DNA from: Pecten maximus
Taxonomy: Eukaryota
Assembly: GCF_902652985.1 (NCBI RefSeq)
Contig: NC_047024.1
Location: forward strand, 16,864,001 to 16,928,000
Reading direction: 5' to 3'
DNA length: 64,000 nucleotides
Numbering within the stretch: position 1 is the first letter of the stretch; each line of letters begins with the position of its first letter. Below, in pieces: positions 42,601 to 50,162 of this stretch. The notes beneath the pieces are model-generated. The model was not told where the DNA came from. It made no database searches and saw nothing but the letters and a program-made list of their open reading frames with translations. The position numbers were made by a program, and so were the translations under genes.

Positions 42601-45600
42601 TAATAATGAGTAAGTATAATCTACATTGGTAAATAGAGATCTCTGTCACTGATGAGTAAGCATGATCTCACAGGTAAATAGACTTCGATTGCTAATGAGT
42701 AAGCATGATCTACACAGGTAAGTAGAGGTATGTGTTACTGATGGTTAAGCATGATCTATACAGGTAAATAGATTTCTCTGTTACTGATGAGTAAGCATGA
42801 TCTATACAGGTAAATAGATTTCTCTGTTACTGATGAGTAAGCATGATCTATACAGGTAAATTGATTTCTCTGTTACTGATGAGTAAGCATGATCTATACA
42901 GGTAAATAGATTTCTCTGTTACTGATGAGTAAGCATGATCTATACAGGTAAATAGAGTTTTCTGTTACTGATGGGTTAAGCATGATCTATACAGGTAAAT
43001 AGATTCTCTGTTACTGATGAGTAAGCATGATCTATACAGGTAAATAGATTTCTCTGTTACTGATGAGTAAGCATGATATACACAGGTCAATAGAGATCTC
43101 TGTTACTGATGGGTTAAGCATGATCTACACAGGTAAATAGATTTCTCTGTTACTGATGAGTAAGCATGATCTACACAGGTAAATAGAGGTCTATGTTACT
43201 GATGGGTTAAGCATGATCTACACAGGTAAACAGAGTTCTCGATTACTGATGAGTAAGCATGATCTACACAGGTAAATAGACTTCGATTGCTAATGGGTAA
43301 GCATGATCTACACAGGTAAGTAGAGGTATCTGTTACTGATGAGTAAGCATGATCTACACAGGTAAATATATTTCTCTGTTACTAATGAGTAAGCATGATC
43401 TATACAGGTAAATAGATTTCTCTGTTACTGATGAGTAAACATGATCTATACAGGTAAATAGATTTCTCGATTACTAATGAGTAAGCATGATCTACACAGG
43501 TAAATATATATCTCTGTTACTGATGAGTAAGCATGATCTACACTGGTAAATATATATATCTGTTACTGATGAGTAAGCATGATCTACACAGGTAAATATA
43601 TTTCTCTGTTACTAATGAGTAAGCATGATCTATACAGGTAAATAGATTTCTCTGTTACTGAATGGTAAGCATGATCTGCACAGGTAAATATATATATCTG
43701 TTACGGATGAGTAAGCATGATCTACACAGGAAAATAGAGATATATGTTACTGATAAGTAAGCATGATCTACATTGATAAATAGATATCTCGGTTACTGAT
43801 AAGTAAGCATGATCTACACAGGTAAATAGAGGTCTCAGCTAGGACATTATTTAACCTCATTTAGAGACATATTTGTGTACTGGTTGTTTACGTAATAAAA
43901 ATTCACTATAATAATTCGGTGTCCTTGCAGGGTATCAGCCATTTGGAAATGAGTTGCAAACTTTCCAGAGGATGCCTGATAATGCTTTTTAATGGACAGA
44001 TCCAGGACGTTGGCTATGACAGACTTCAGGGCATGACTGTCTACTCAACAATCCGCTGCCAAAACAAGGCTGGCCTCCAGTCTGTCAGGTCATCTGATGG
44101 TGTCCGTATATCCCGACTCAGTCCAGCAGTGGATAATGTTCAGTTCAACATAATCAGACTGTCTCAGGAAGAATTTGCAGCAGCCTCTCAATTTCAAGGG
44201 GACACCACACAAATTCGTCTTAAGTGGTCTGGTTTTACAGACCCCATTGGCATAGAGGGCTACATAGTAAGAAACATACTCATACATAAAATGTTGTAAA
44301 ACATTCTAACAATAGCATTATTTGTACATCTTGACAAATGACAATTTAGAGCGACCAGGGGTTATATTTACATATATGCGTGTAATTACATGCACAAATT
44401 TATCACAATCCATCATAACATCAAATTGAATTAGGGATATATCGAAAATCTCTGATGTGCACATAATTAGATAAAAAGTTATGTAATAATTAGTGCATCT
44501 AAAATTGATTTTGCTTAAGAGATTGATTGTTTAATTGATGATGTATACAATAACAATTATTTAAAATAATTTAAGACATGAACACAAAAATACGCAATAT
44601 TATTAGAATCGGGTTGAGCATATGCCATACCATGGCATTTATTCATCATTCATCTGACTTCATTTCTTCAAACCACTTCTAAACCACTTATTCTAATTCA
44701 ACTAAATTTGACTGAAAGTATTAGTCAGGTGGTGGGATAAAAACTTGTAAAAATCATAAAAAAATTACTCATTTGTCATTATAATGAGAAAATGTTTAAA
44801 CCATTTGATTTTGAGGCCACAAACTGACTTTGGGTATTTACGTTCAATACTCTCTCTAAGAATATTGAATAGCACTAAAGTTAATAGTCAAGTTGTGTGT
44901 ATCTTAAGCCTTGCACACTTTTTGAATATGCTTCTGCTTACAATAAATGTCGGTAAAAATACTGGATGTGAAGTTTCTTCTTGGTTTACAGCTTACATTT
45001 GATGGTGAGATGCGGAAGATGTTAGCATCTGATCAAGAGGAGACGTATGTGTGGATACATGGTTTGGCGCTGTCAGAAGGTGGACATGACCTGGATGTAT
45101 CTGCTGTAAATCTCCAGTACCAGACAAGTCCCAAAGTTACCACGAACCTTACCGTATTTACACACCCTCCCACAACAACTGGTAATACACCTTTCTCAAT
45201 TTCATTTCATTGTCTCTTTCTTTTTTTCTGCTTTGCCTACTATTGTTAGTTTGATATACCTCCTCCACGTGGCAGAGTCACTGATTAATATCTGGTTTCT
45301 AATTCAGATGCCTTTCACTGAATGTCTTCTTATTCGGTCACAAACCAGATATTGAATATTAGGCATTAAGCATTTAGCCCACTATCATCAGATTGTGGGC
45401 TGGTCAAATCTATATTTCGTCAATGGTCCTTAATTCCTTCCGTCCATCCATAAATGTTAATGATATTATAATATGTTATTATCATTTTGATATGTTATTA
45501 TTATCCTTGTAAAATCCTACTCAAGTTTCTGTAGCATAACTCCAAAACCGTTCAAGACAACTTCACGACCTTGGTATATGCATTGCGATAGTGGTGCCTT

Positions 45601-46860
45601 CTAGCATGGAGTCCTTTGCATTTTTCATAACATTCCTGTAACCATGGAAATGAATATCAAAACACCTACATATCAGGGTTTCTAAAGCATAACTCCAAAT
45701 AAATTAGAGATATAGATGAAATTTGCTCAAGATATTCAGTTCACAAAATACATACTGAGCTGAAAAATCAGGATCAAATGTCAAGGTCATAAGTCCAAAA
45801 GGTCAATGTCAATTTTTTATGTTTTTTACTGATGATTGGTTTGTTTGCCACGTTTATTGCCCCTTAAACAATCAGGGTCATTTTGGTGGGGTCTCCTTGT
45901 AGTAGGTGGTGATAACCTCACGGAACAACATACAGGATGCATGTAGCATACCATCCAGAGCAATAATAGTAAAGTGTTTTGCCCGAGGACACATCCATGA
46001 CAGCACAGACTGACCCATTTCTTACCTTCCCCAGAAACAGAAACAGGCAAAGATAAGGCATCAAACCACGAACCTTGGTTCGCCTGAGGTTATATTTAGC
46101 CGGTCCATGCTCTAACCAACAGAGCCATGTCGGCCACTTTCACTGATTCAACTGACCAAAGGTCAAGGTCACTGGGTCATATAAAATCAAACATAGAAGT
46201 ATTATACTAGTAGTTACATCATACTGCATACGTAATTGCGATTGCGTTACAAGTCCAAAAGTCAAATGTTTGTAGCCAGAAAAATCTATGTTGGTAAAAG
46301 GAAAGTGTTGACTGCAATACATGATACTGATTAGCAGATTCCAAACTTGGACGGTACTTATAATATAACTTAAATGACATTGTTCTGCCTTTAACACGGA
46401 GATATCCAGGTTAGCAATACAGTCCCTGTGGGCCTCTTGCTGTCATTTGACCTTGTAAATATAACATGATTAATATGAACGATTTTTTGAATAAATTTTG
46501 TATACATCCTAATATCAATAAGCCTGGAATAAGTGCAACAATAATGATGACTTGTATACTTTATTGACAGTTGACACTCCCCTGGATGTAAGCTGGGATA
46601 CAGGCACACAAGAGCTGACAATAGGATGGCAGGGTGTGTTTACATCAACACATGAACTTTTCTATGAGGTGTCGGCCGGCAGTAACCTAGGTAGTGCTGA
46701 CATCGTCCAGTGGATGGAGACTAAGGCAACCACAATGACACTTACCATTCCACCAGTTATCACAGACCTTTCCAACCTTCGTATATATGTGGTGGTCAGA
46801 GCTGTTTCTGTAGGGGGCAGGTCAGTGGTCAAGTTGGGCACTGTCCAGCTTCCTGCCTGA
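1..46860 (+). CDS. Large multi-exon gene (5'-truncated by the window) encoding an uncharacterised FN3-like repeat protein, about 1925 aa within the window, with a galactose-binding-like domain
   Basis: 29 GT-AG exons joined by hand; phases agree at every junction (5779 nt from position 2 = 1926 codons including the stop, plus one extra T). Recurrent module W..F.D.ESGI..Y...IG...G..D...YY.TV.A.N.AGL...SDG..VD.TPP; TGA stop at 46858-46860. Confidence 0.9.
441..633 (+). CDS. FN3-repeat gene exon 2
   Basis: ctgcag|ctt; LTFEL...VRGYNKAKLWS...KYDE; donor a|gtaagt, phase 1. Confidence 0.88.
2162..2416 (+). CDS. FN3-repeat gene exon 3
   Basis: ttgcag|ct; GALKNGYGEE...DVDYTPYSNILSAVWPD...QCGQT; donor g|gtattc. 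Confidence 0.88.
2440..4730. repeat. 45-bp intronic minisatellite with two variant blocks
   Basis: Unit gtagcagtatatcccggtagtggctcgtcccctacatattaataa (about 2550-3660) and variant gcagcagtataccccggtagtggctcgccctccttatatcaatgt (about 3850-4630), separated by a poly-C run. Confidence 0.97.
4739..4767. repeat. (AC)n microsatellite
   Basis: Direct sequence. Confidence 0.95.
5424..5641 (+). CDS. FN3-repeat gene exon 4
   Basis: ttgtag|at; KEYVNV...LEHGSRYIVC...CSDGVVVDLTPPSAGSVW...MYQ; donor cag|gtaatt. Confidence 0.92.
7334..7439 (+). CDS. FN3-repeat gene exon 5
   Basis: ttgcag|aca; TTLTDIYVNWETFVDVEE...GIQAYNVSI; donor g|gtaagg. Confidence 0.9.
8093..8209 (+). CDS. FN3-repeat gene exon 6
   Basis: ttacag|gg; GTTAGGNDMVDF...LQNGHTYYATVT; donor g|gtatct. 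Confidence 0.92.
8671..8803 (+). CDS. FN3-repeat gene exon 7
   Basis: ctgtag|ct; AMDFAGRTTTKTSPGVIVDVTPP...; donor tg|gtggga, phase 2 (not in the ORF track). Confidence 0.88.
8850..9062. repeat. Short tandem repeat of about 57 bp, about 4 copies
   Basis: ...gatatatcagcatgttacctatattaaccaaatatataattacaattgcaata repeated. Confidence 0.85.
9082..9265 (+). CDS. FN3-repeat gene exon 8
   Basis: ttacag|c; WMEVFSDHESGIQKYMWAIGSEPGYDDI...EGHAYYITIR; donor agg|gtaagg. Confidence 0.93.
9481..10448 (-). mobile_element. Non-autonomous hairpin-ended element, copy 1
   Basis: Similar to 11305-12460; about 40-bp inverted arms at 10321-10420; terminal atttatccaataac is a near-perfect inverse of internal gttatgggataaa (10286). 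Confidence 0.75.
10455..11300. repeat. 48-bp minisatellite (degenerate copies also near 9440 and at 12470-12900)
   Basis: Unit atagccttgagctatagctggtacatatatctgtttagacgtattgta. Confidence 0.95.
11305..12460 (-). mobile_element. Non-autonomous hairpin-ended element, copy 2
   Basis: Same termini as copy 1 (atttatcccataac ... ctccactcgttggggaacctctatat); extra segment of about 380 bp at 11841-12220; one hairpin arm missing. Confidence 0.75.
12955..13231 (+). CDS. FN3-repeat gene exon 9
   Basis: ttccag|cct; PYNAAGLYSQASS...VDLSPPVKGHVYDG...AFWEGFFDAHSNIEEYFVSIGTCPG; donor a|gtaagt. Confidence 0.93.
13375..13561 (+). CDS. FN3-repeat gene exon 10
   Basis: ttacag|ag; ...GVTYFTTVTACNTAKLCSSATSDGVILDNSLPTAGVVYDG...; donor ca|gttagt, phase 2. 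Confidence 0.92.
13610..14276 (+). mobile_element. Non-autonomous hairpin-headed element containing a tRNA-like segment
   Basis: Inverted arms 13633-13658 and 13745-13770; tctattctaccatg (13787) is inverted at the 3' end as catggtagaataga (14262). Confidence 0.72.
14020..14100 (-). pseudogene. tRNA-like (Pol III A/B box) sequence
   Basis: Minus strand tagccgagtgg...gagttcgaatcc followed by T-runs; cloverleaf degenerate. Confidence 0.55.
15088..17401. mobile_element. Foldback-like non-autonomous DNA transposon with TIRs of about 450 bp and an 8-bp TSD
   Basis: TIR acgat(g/t)gccgatagcggccgccaaataacaactaca at both ends; ACACTCTA duplicated at 15080-15087 and 17402-17409; TIRs contain 59-bp repeats and tagtccgaag-type repeats. 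Confidence 0.93.
18278..18486 (+). CDS. FN3-repeat gene exon 11
   Basis: tttcag|a; TYIGAKWYGFSDPQCGLDHYEWWAGTTQG...IYITVRAYNKA; donor g|gtaaat. Confidence 0.93.
18500..20097. repeat. 54/57-bp minisatellite filling intron 11
   Basis: Unit cacaccacctacagcacagatcccacactccacgataacattatacctgtaggt and variants. Confidence 0.97.
20136..20365 (+). CDS. FN3-repeat gene exon 12
   Basis: tttcag|gg; LYVDTVSNGFMVDNTSP...VTWTAVDQESHV...SSIK; donor aag|gtaagt. Confidence 0.92.
21163..21316 (+). CDS. FN3-repeat gene exon 13
   Basis: aaag|gtg; ...LHDGVSYFVNLIACNGAGICSQTESDAIFVDSSPPSR; donor g|gtatgt. Confidence 0.9.
21403..21609. mobile_element. MITE with TA target duplication (Tc1/mariner-like)
   Basis: TA|ctgtaaacgtac ... 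gtacgtttacag|TA; internal ttagcgc/gcgctaa motifs. Confidence 0.88.
22065..22243 (+). CDS. FN3-repeat gene exon 14
   Basis: ttccag|ga; ...LSWIGFADLHSEVSYYLVNVGSS...; donor aag|gtaagc. Confidence 0.92.
23697..23840 (+). CDS. FN3-repeat gene exon 15
   Basis: ttgcag|ata; ITGVPVSVPH...LFIHMWAVNK; donor aag|gtacat; continues as AVNK|VGLSS. Confidence 0.88.
24147..24321 (+). CDS. FN3-repeat gene exon 16 (six-Cys motif)
   Basis: ccacag|gtt; VGLSSP...RRCDSYSCLGHCVCAPQDNVCPYSHLDPC; donor g|gtaaat. Confidence 0.9.
24470..24822. repeat. Degenerate tandem repeat of about 22-31 bp
   Basis: tagtatactgcagtagtttga motif repeated. Confidence 0.75.
24870..25742 (+). pseudogene. Degenerate tyrosine recombinase of a DIRS-type retroelement
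   Basis: Broken frames: MPVEFFNKLFKSWGENE..LLAL, LRPLDIAP, TFHGIENN, IDPVRALNEYL, PVYIALHAPYGAISAQT, FSAK*FRLTG, RWKT, HYVHS...FTDDVL*. Confidence 0.75.
25949..26069 (+). CDS. FN3-repeat gene exon 17
   Basis: ttgcag|ac; DNPNSALDISD...GLGATWQVS...VPL; donor tg|gtaagt, phase 2. Confidence 0.85.
26195..27060 (+). mobile_element. Degenerate pearl/HINE-like element
   Basis: Head cagctcacttggcc..gccagtgagct, then core repeats; related fragments near 6468, 7647, 31130, 33410 and 48850. Confidence 0.55.
27161..27282 (+). CDS. FN3-repeat gene exon 18
   Basis: ttctag|g; WFEWSIGYGFLDLPEGIF...RVWHDAG; donor g|gtatgt. Confidence 0.88.
28490..28755. repeat. 21-bp minisatellite
   Basis: tgtgtgtcgtgtaaacaaaca repeated about 12 times. 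Confidence 0.92.
29639..29781 (+). CDS. FN3-repeat gene exon 19
   Basis: ttacag|aa; RPNLSEGITYAFFIRVWY...KSPGVTI; donor gcg|gtatgg. Confidence 0.88.
30017..30161 (+). CDS. FN3-repeat gene exon 20
   Basis: cccag|gta; ...KDMDYLE...VSWKNKF...IYISTMPG; donor g|gtaagc. Confidence 0.88.
30139..30630 (+). repeat. 36-bp minisatellite derived from the exon 20 donor junction
   Basis: Unit atacctcagcactatttcagcag|gtcagtgtatatc versus the junction atacatcagcactatgccaggag|gtaagcatatttc. Confidence 0.95.
31700..31903 (+). CDS. FN3-repeat gene exon 21
   Basis: cactag|gt; GDDVYK...GIKYYTNVVSYSFSGL...SSDGFVIDNTVPVMGSVYDGT; donor g|gtgagt. Confidence 0.93.
32285..32870. repeat. 23-bp minisatellite
   Basis: tacctttgttggtgtatgatggg and variants. 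Confidence 0.95.
34225..34960 (-). mobile_element. CR1/L2-type LINE ORF2 C-terminal remnant
   Basis: Minus-strand broken frames: NPHFYYCSTLW, KRAARITL, LNNMAPYY, FKRSFTF*GPQIWNSLP. Confidence 0.8.
35560..35670 (-). mobile_element. tRNA-derived SINE head
   Basis: ggcgaccaggtagtcccattggtagaacattcgg...ccaggttcgaaccatggtctggc (A and B boxes). Confidence 0.6.
36997..37200 (+). CDS. FN3-repeat gene exon 22
   Basis: ccccag|gt; IHDVDYQSS...AKWHGFVDLHAGVKTYHWCVGS; donor g|gtaaat. Confidence 0.93.
38192..38971 (+). CDS. FN3-repeat gene exon 23; contains a galactose-binding-like (CBM4/9 or DUF642-like) domain
   Basis: ttctag|gt; 780 nt; SDGVTVDTTQP...NLAANPSFE...LSQEI..L..GGLYRVTF...HTFYF...GILIDDVQV...WSFVDAESHITEYLWAI; donor g|gtaggt. 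Confidence 0.92.
39743..39955 (+). CDS. FN3-repeat gene exon 24
   Basis: aatag|gt; GYKKGGTQVQDFRSVG...ILIDLTPPIITAVNDGS; donor g|gtatgt. Confidence 0.92.
40775..40789 (+). CDS. Candidate 15-nt microexon (exon 25; GTGTT)
   Basis: aatttttcag|GCACGGGAACAACAG|gtaagt; consensus sites, phase 1/1, frame preserving. Confidence 0.65.
41534..41990 (+). mobile_element. pearl/HINE-like element (partial)
   Basis: ttttagctcacct...aggtgagct head hairpin, cgtcgtccgt microsatellite, core repeats. Confidence 0.7.
42423..42518 (+). CDS. FN3-repeat gene exon 26
   Basis: gtacag|ag; ELDLDSW...VNWEVNDPESGLSFCEWAI; donor g|gtgagc. Confidence 0.92.
42519..43835 (+). repeat. 46-bp minisatellite starting at the exon 26 donor, about 29 copies
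   Basis: Unit gtaagcatgatctatacaggtaaatagatttctctgttactgatga; the first unit begins with the real donor gtgagcatga. Confidence 0.96.
43931..44266 (+). CDS. FN3-repeat gene exon 27 (+1 frameshift in T5 at 43986-43990)
   Basis: ttgcag|gg; GYQPFGNELQTFQRMPDNAF* in the entry frame, then NGQIQ...IRCQNKAGLQSVRSSDGV...LKWSGFTDPIGIEGYI in the shifted frame; donor ata|gtaaga. Confidence 0.88.
44992..45181 (+). CDS. FN3-repeat gene exon 28
   Basis: ttacag|ctt; LTFDGE...VSAVNLQYQTS...THPPTTT; donor g|gtaata. Confidence 0.88.
45830..46135 (-). mobile_element. tRNA-derived SINE with CORE-like central motif
   Basis: Minus strand ggccgacatggctctgttggttagagca...ggtttgatgcc...gtgtcctcgggcaaaacacttt... tail aaacaaaccaatca. 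Confidence 0.7.
46571..46860 (+). CDS. FN3-repeat gene terminal coding exon 29
   Basis: tgacag|tt; DTPLDVSWD...LTIGWQGVF...YEVSAGSNLGSADIVQW...VVRAVSVGG...QLPA*. Confidence 0.9.
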
Positions 46861-47049
46861 TCAGGAACTGTTTGTTTGTATCGTCCAATTTACCGGCAGA
46901 TCGTATTATCACATATCTGCATCATTAGTTGTAGATGTAAACAGAATGTTCCTTAATTGCGTATTGGTAGTCAATTTCATTCTACATCTGTTACTGTAAA
47001 TAATGTCTGCAAGCTAGCTATAGGATAGATGTAGGAACAATGGTAGCTC

Positions 47050-47590
47050 TTGTCTGACTTATCCTGAACAGGTGTTTCCAGTTTTATCTATTGCAATCGC
47101 CTTTTATCTGGCGTCGTTCATCATTCGTCGTGCTTCGTAAACAATTTACATTTTCGAATTCTTCTGTACAAACGCTACACCAAATTCAATAAGATATGGC
47201 AGGAAGCTTCCGAAGGTAAAGGTCAACCAAACTGTGAATTATATGGTCCACACTCCAGGGGCCTGAAGGCGAGGCCAAGATGGGTCAAATAAGCTTTTCA
47301 AAAAATTTCTTAAGACCCAAATAAAGTAGAATCAAAATTATCTTTATAGATGTAAGGGTATTGAGGTGCTTTACCGAAATTGTCAATTTTATGACCCTAG
47401 GGTCTCACGTTTGCCCCTGGGGAAGAGAATTTTTTACTGTAGTTTAGATAAGGAAATCACATTTTTTACTATTATTTGCTTCATTTCTATTCGAATTGAC
47501 TCCTGGGGTCAAAAAGAGTCACATTTACGGAAATACCAGGTATGTGAAACGGAAACTCATGTGACCATTAAGGCCCATGGGCCTCTTGAT
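47050..47590 (+). mobile_element. pearl/HINE-like element just downstream of the FN3 gene stop
   Basis: cgtcg-rich head and 3' end gtgaccattaaggcccatgggcctcttg. Confidence 0.65.
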
Positions 47591-50162
47591 TATTATAGTA
47601 AATCTGAGTTACTGTATATTTAGAGGTGTCAATGTCAAGTTTTACTTTTGCTGTTCAATATAGAAATTCTATAGCAACATTTCAGTTTGGTAATTTCACG
47701 CCCAATCCATTGTGTTACTACTAGAAGCGCAATATCCATGGTATGAAAAAGGGCTGTAAAAAGTTCATGTATATGTTTGGTTTCCGTGACCTAGCTGTCA
47801 TTAATACTGACCAAATATTAATTACTGATCACAATTGAGGGTGTACCTCCCCAGTAGTCAATGGGGGAATGTCCAGTAGAGAAAATGATTCCATCAAAAG
47901 CTTTTTTATGTATATGACTCGGTGGATTTTGATCAAATGGTCTGGAGTTGTATTTGCTTAATATATTGGAAATACATGTATTTTTATGTCTTTCTTCTTT
48001 TTTGTATATAGGTCAAGAGATTTTGATCAAATTTGATCATCCTATAGCAATGGGATTTTATATTGTATGACTTCAAAATCTATTACATGTAGAGGTGTTA
48101 GGCCTTATAGCGGATGTCGAAATTGATATTCAAGTTGTTTAATTTTTAGATGAACTGTGCTTTAAATATAATTGGGAGCAGGAAGCTGAATGTTTTGTAA
48201 AAAAAGGACCTTTTTCCAGTTACTATTACTATGATATGTGAGATTCAGCATATCTTATCAATATACCAATGTTTACTGAAAGTAGACTGGCTGATGTTTG
48301 GTGTATTACGAGTCATAAGCACATGAAACATAAATGATGATTTTTTTTAACTTCTGTAAAAGATATGACCATGGAAAAATATTTTTAAAAATACCATTTC
48401 ATGATAACTGGTTAAAGTGAAAATGATCATAACTGTTTTTAAATTTCTGTACAAAGTGTCATATTCATTTGATGTACAGTTTATGTAATATGTAATGACT
48501 GGTCACAAGGGGGTTATGTATTATTAAAAACATTAAATTGATAAGATACATTTTATTGATGTAGTTGTATTAAAGGCATAAGCTCTGATACAAGCATTCC
48601 GTCCATTACTTATGATGTTTATAATCATTACAGAAATTTAGTATTTAATTGTTTAATATATTTCGTATTTTATGATTAGTTTGTTACATATGGAGCAGTT
48701 CATCAAGCTGACATTGTGATTCTTGTCCTATAGTGATAATCCCATCCTAATGACCTTGTGTCGTTCCATCATGTAAGTGTTTATTTGCAAATCGCTTTTC
48801 ATTAACGCCATAGCAGATATGGTCTGAAACATCCTTGGAAATCGGGGGGGGGGGGGGGGGGGGGGGGGCAGGTTTTAATTTATTCAAATAAGGCTGGTCC
48901 AACCCCTGAGGACCTGAGGACAGAGGAATGCCTCCCAAAATTGCAAACTTGCCTGACATTTTCCTGTATAATGCTACTTCTCCTTAATGTCTTAATTGAT
49001 AACAACCACATTTGATTTGAAACATCATTGGGGGAAGGCAGTCAAAATTTATATAAATGAGTCTAATCCAACCCCTCGGGACAGAGGGGAGGCGCCCCAA
49101 ACTGGAAACTGACAGCTGAAATTTCCTTTTAAAACGCTACTTTTCCTTAAGCTTTAATAGATTAAAACCATATTTGATCTGAAACACAACTGGAGAAGGA
49201 CAGTCAATTTTTATATAAATGAGGCTGGTTTGACCCTTTGGGATAGAGAAGTATCCATGCTGTTTTACGTCTTAGTCAGATGCTTATTTGGCCTCTTGCT
49301 TACAACTGAAAATATTTATACATCAATATTTCTAAATGAAAAATATGGCAATGACTTGTACTTTATATAGAAGAAAAAATGTATACATTGTTTTTATAAA
49401 AGAGCACTACATTTTTAGAAATAAAAAACTCACATATTGTTTTTTATGTGAGATTTGTTTCACAGGTATGTCTTTATTGTCAGTAAATTGTTTCTATTTT
49501 TACTAACGTTGTACTTAATATCTTGGTAAAAAATTTTATTATGGATTTGATTATTAAAATGATATTATTTTTAATATATTTTTGTACAGGGGATTATCAA
49601 TTTTGGAAAAATGTAAACTTTTGAATCCTTACACCTATATCTTGCAAAAATTGCCATCCCCCTCAAATACTAAATTATCTTGTCTTATGTATTGGCAATT
49701 CTCAACATATCAAAATTAAATAAACTACTTTTTTTTCAAAACCATAAATAGCTGTAGAAATATTTACAGATGAACATTTATATAGTATCTGTTTCATTTA
49801 AATGTGTATACCCAGGGTACATGGAATGTTTTATGGATATGTCCTGATGGGTTTTATGTTTAGCATTGGTGCTATTTCATGCTTTTATTGTCCAATTTGT
49901 TTCTAATAAATGTTTCTTTAAATATGTGAAGAGTAATTTTTTGTTCAAGGCATTGCGATCAGATTGTGAACCATCTAATGATAGTGCGTTGTTCAAATCA
50001 TCCTGCATCTATGGTCCGTCATCCTTAAAGCAATGTTTTTATCACTATTTCTGGTTGAATCGTTTAATTTTCATCTGCTGCACAGATCGCCATCTTGGAT
50101 TTTGATGAATGAAGATTTTTATCTTATTTTGTTGAGAAGAACTGGAAGGATATTTCTCAGGC

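Noticed and set aside
43919-43990. ORF-track N-terminus GISHLEMSCKLSRGCLIMLF as the true exon 27 frame
   Set aside because: It needs a phase-0 entry but exon 26 ends in phase 1; the other frame matches the module consensus.
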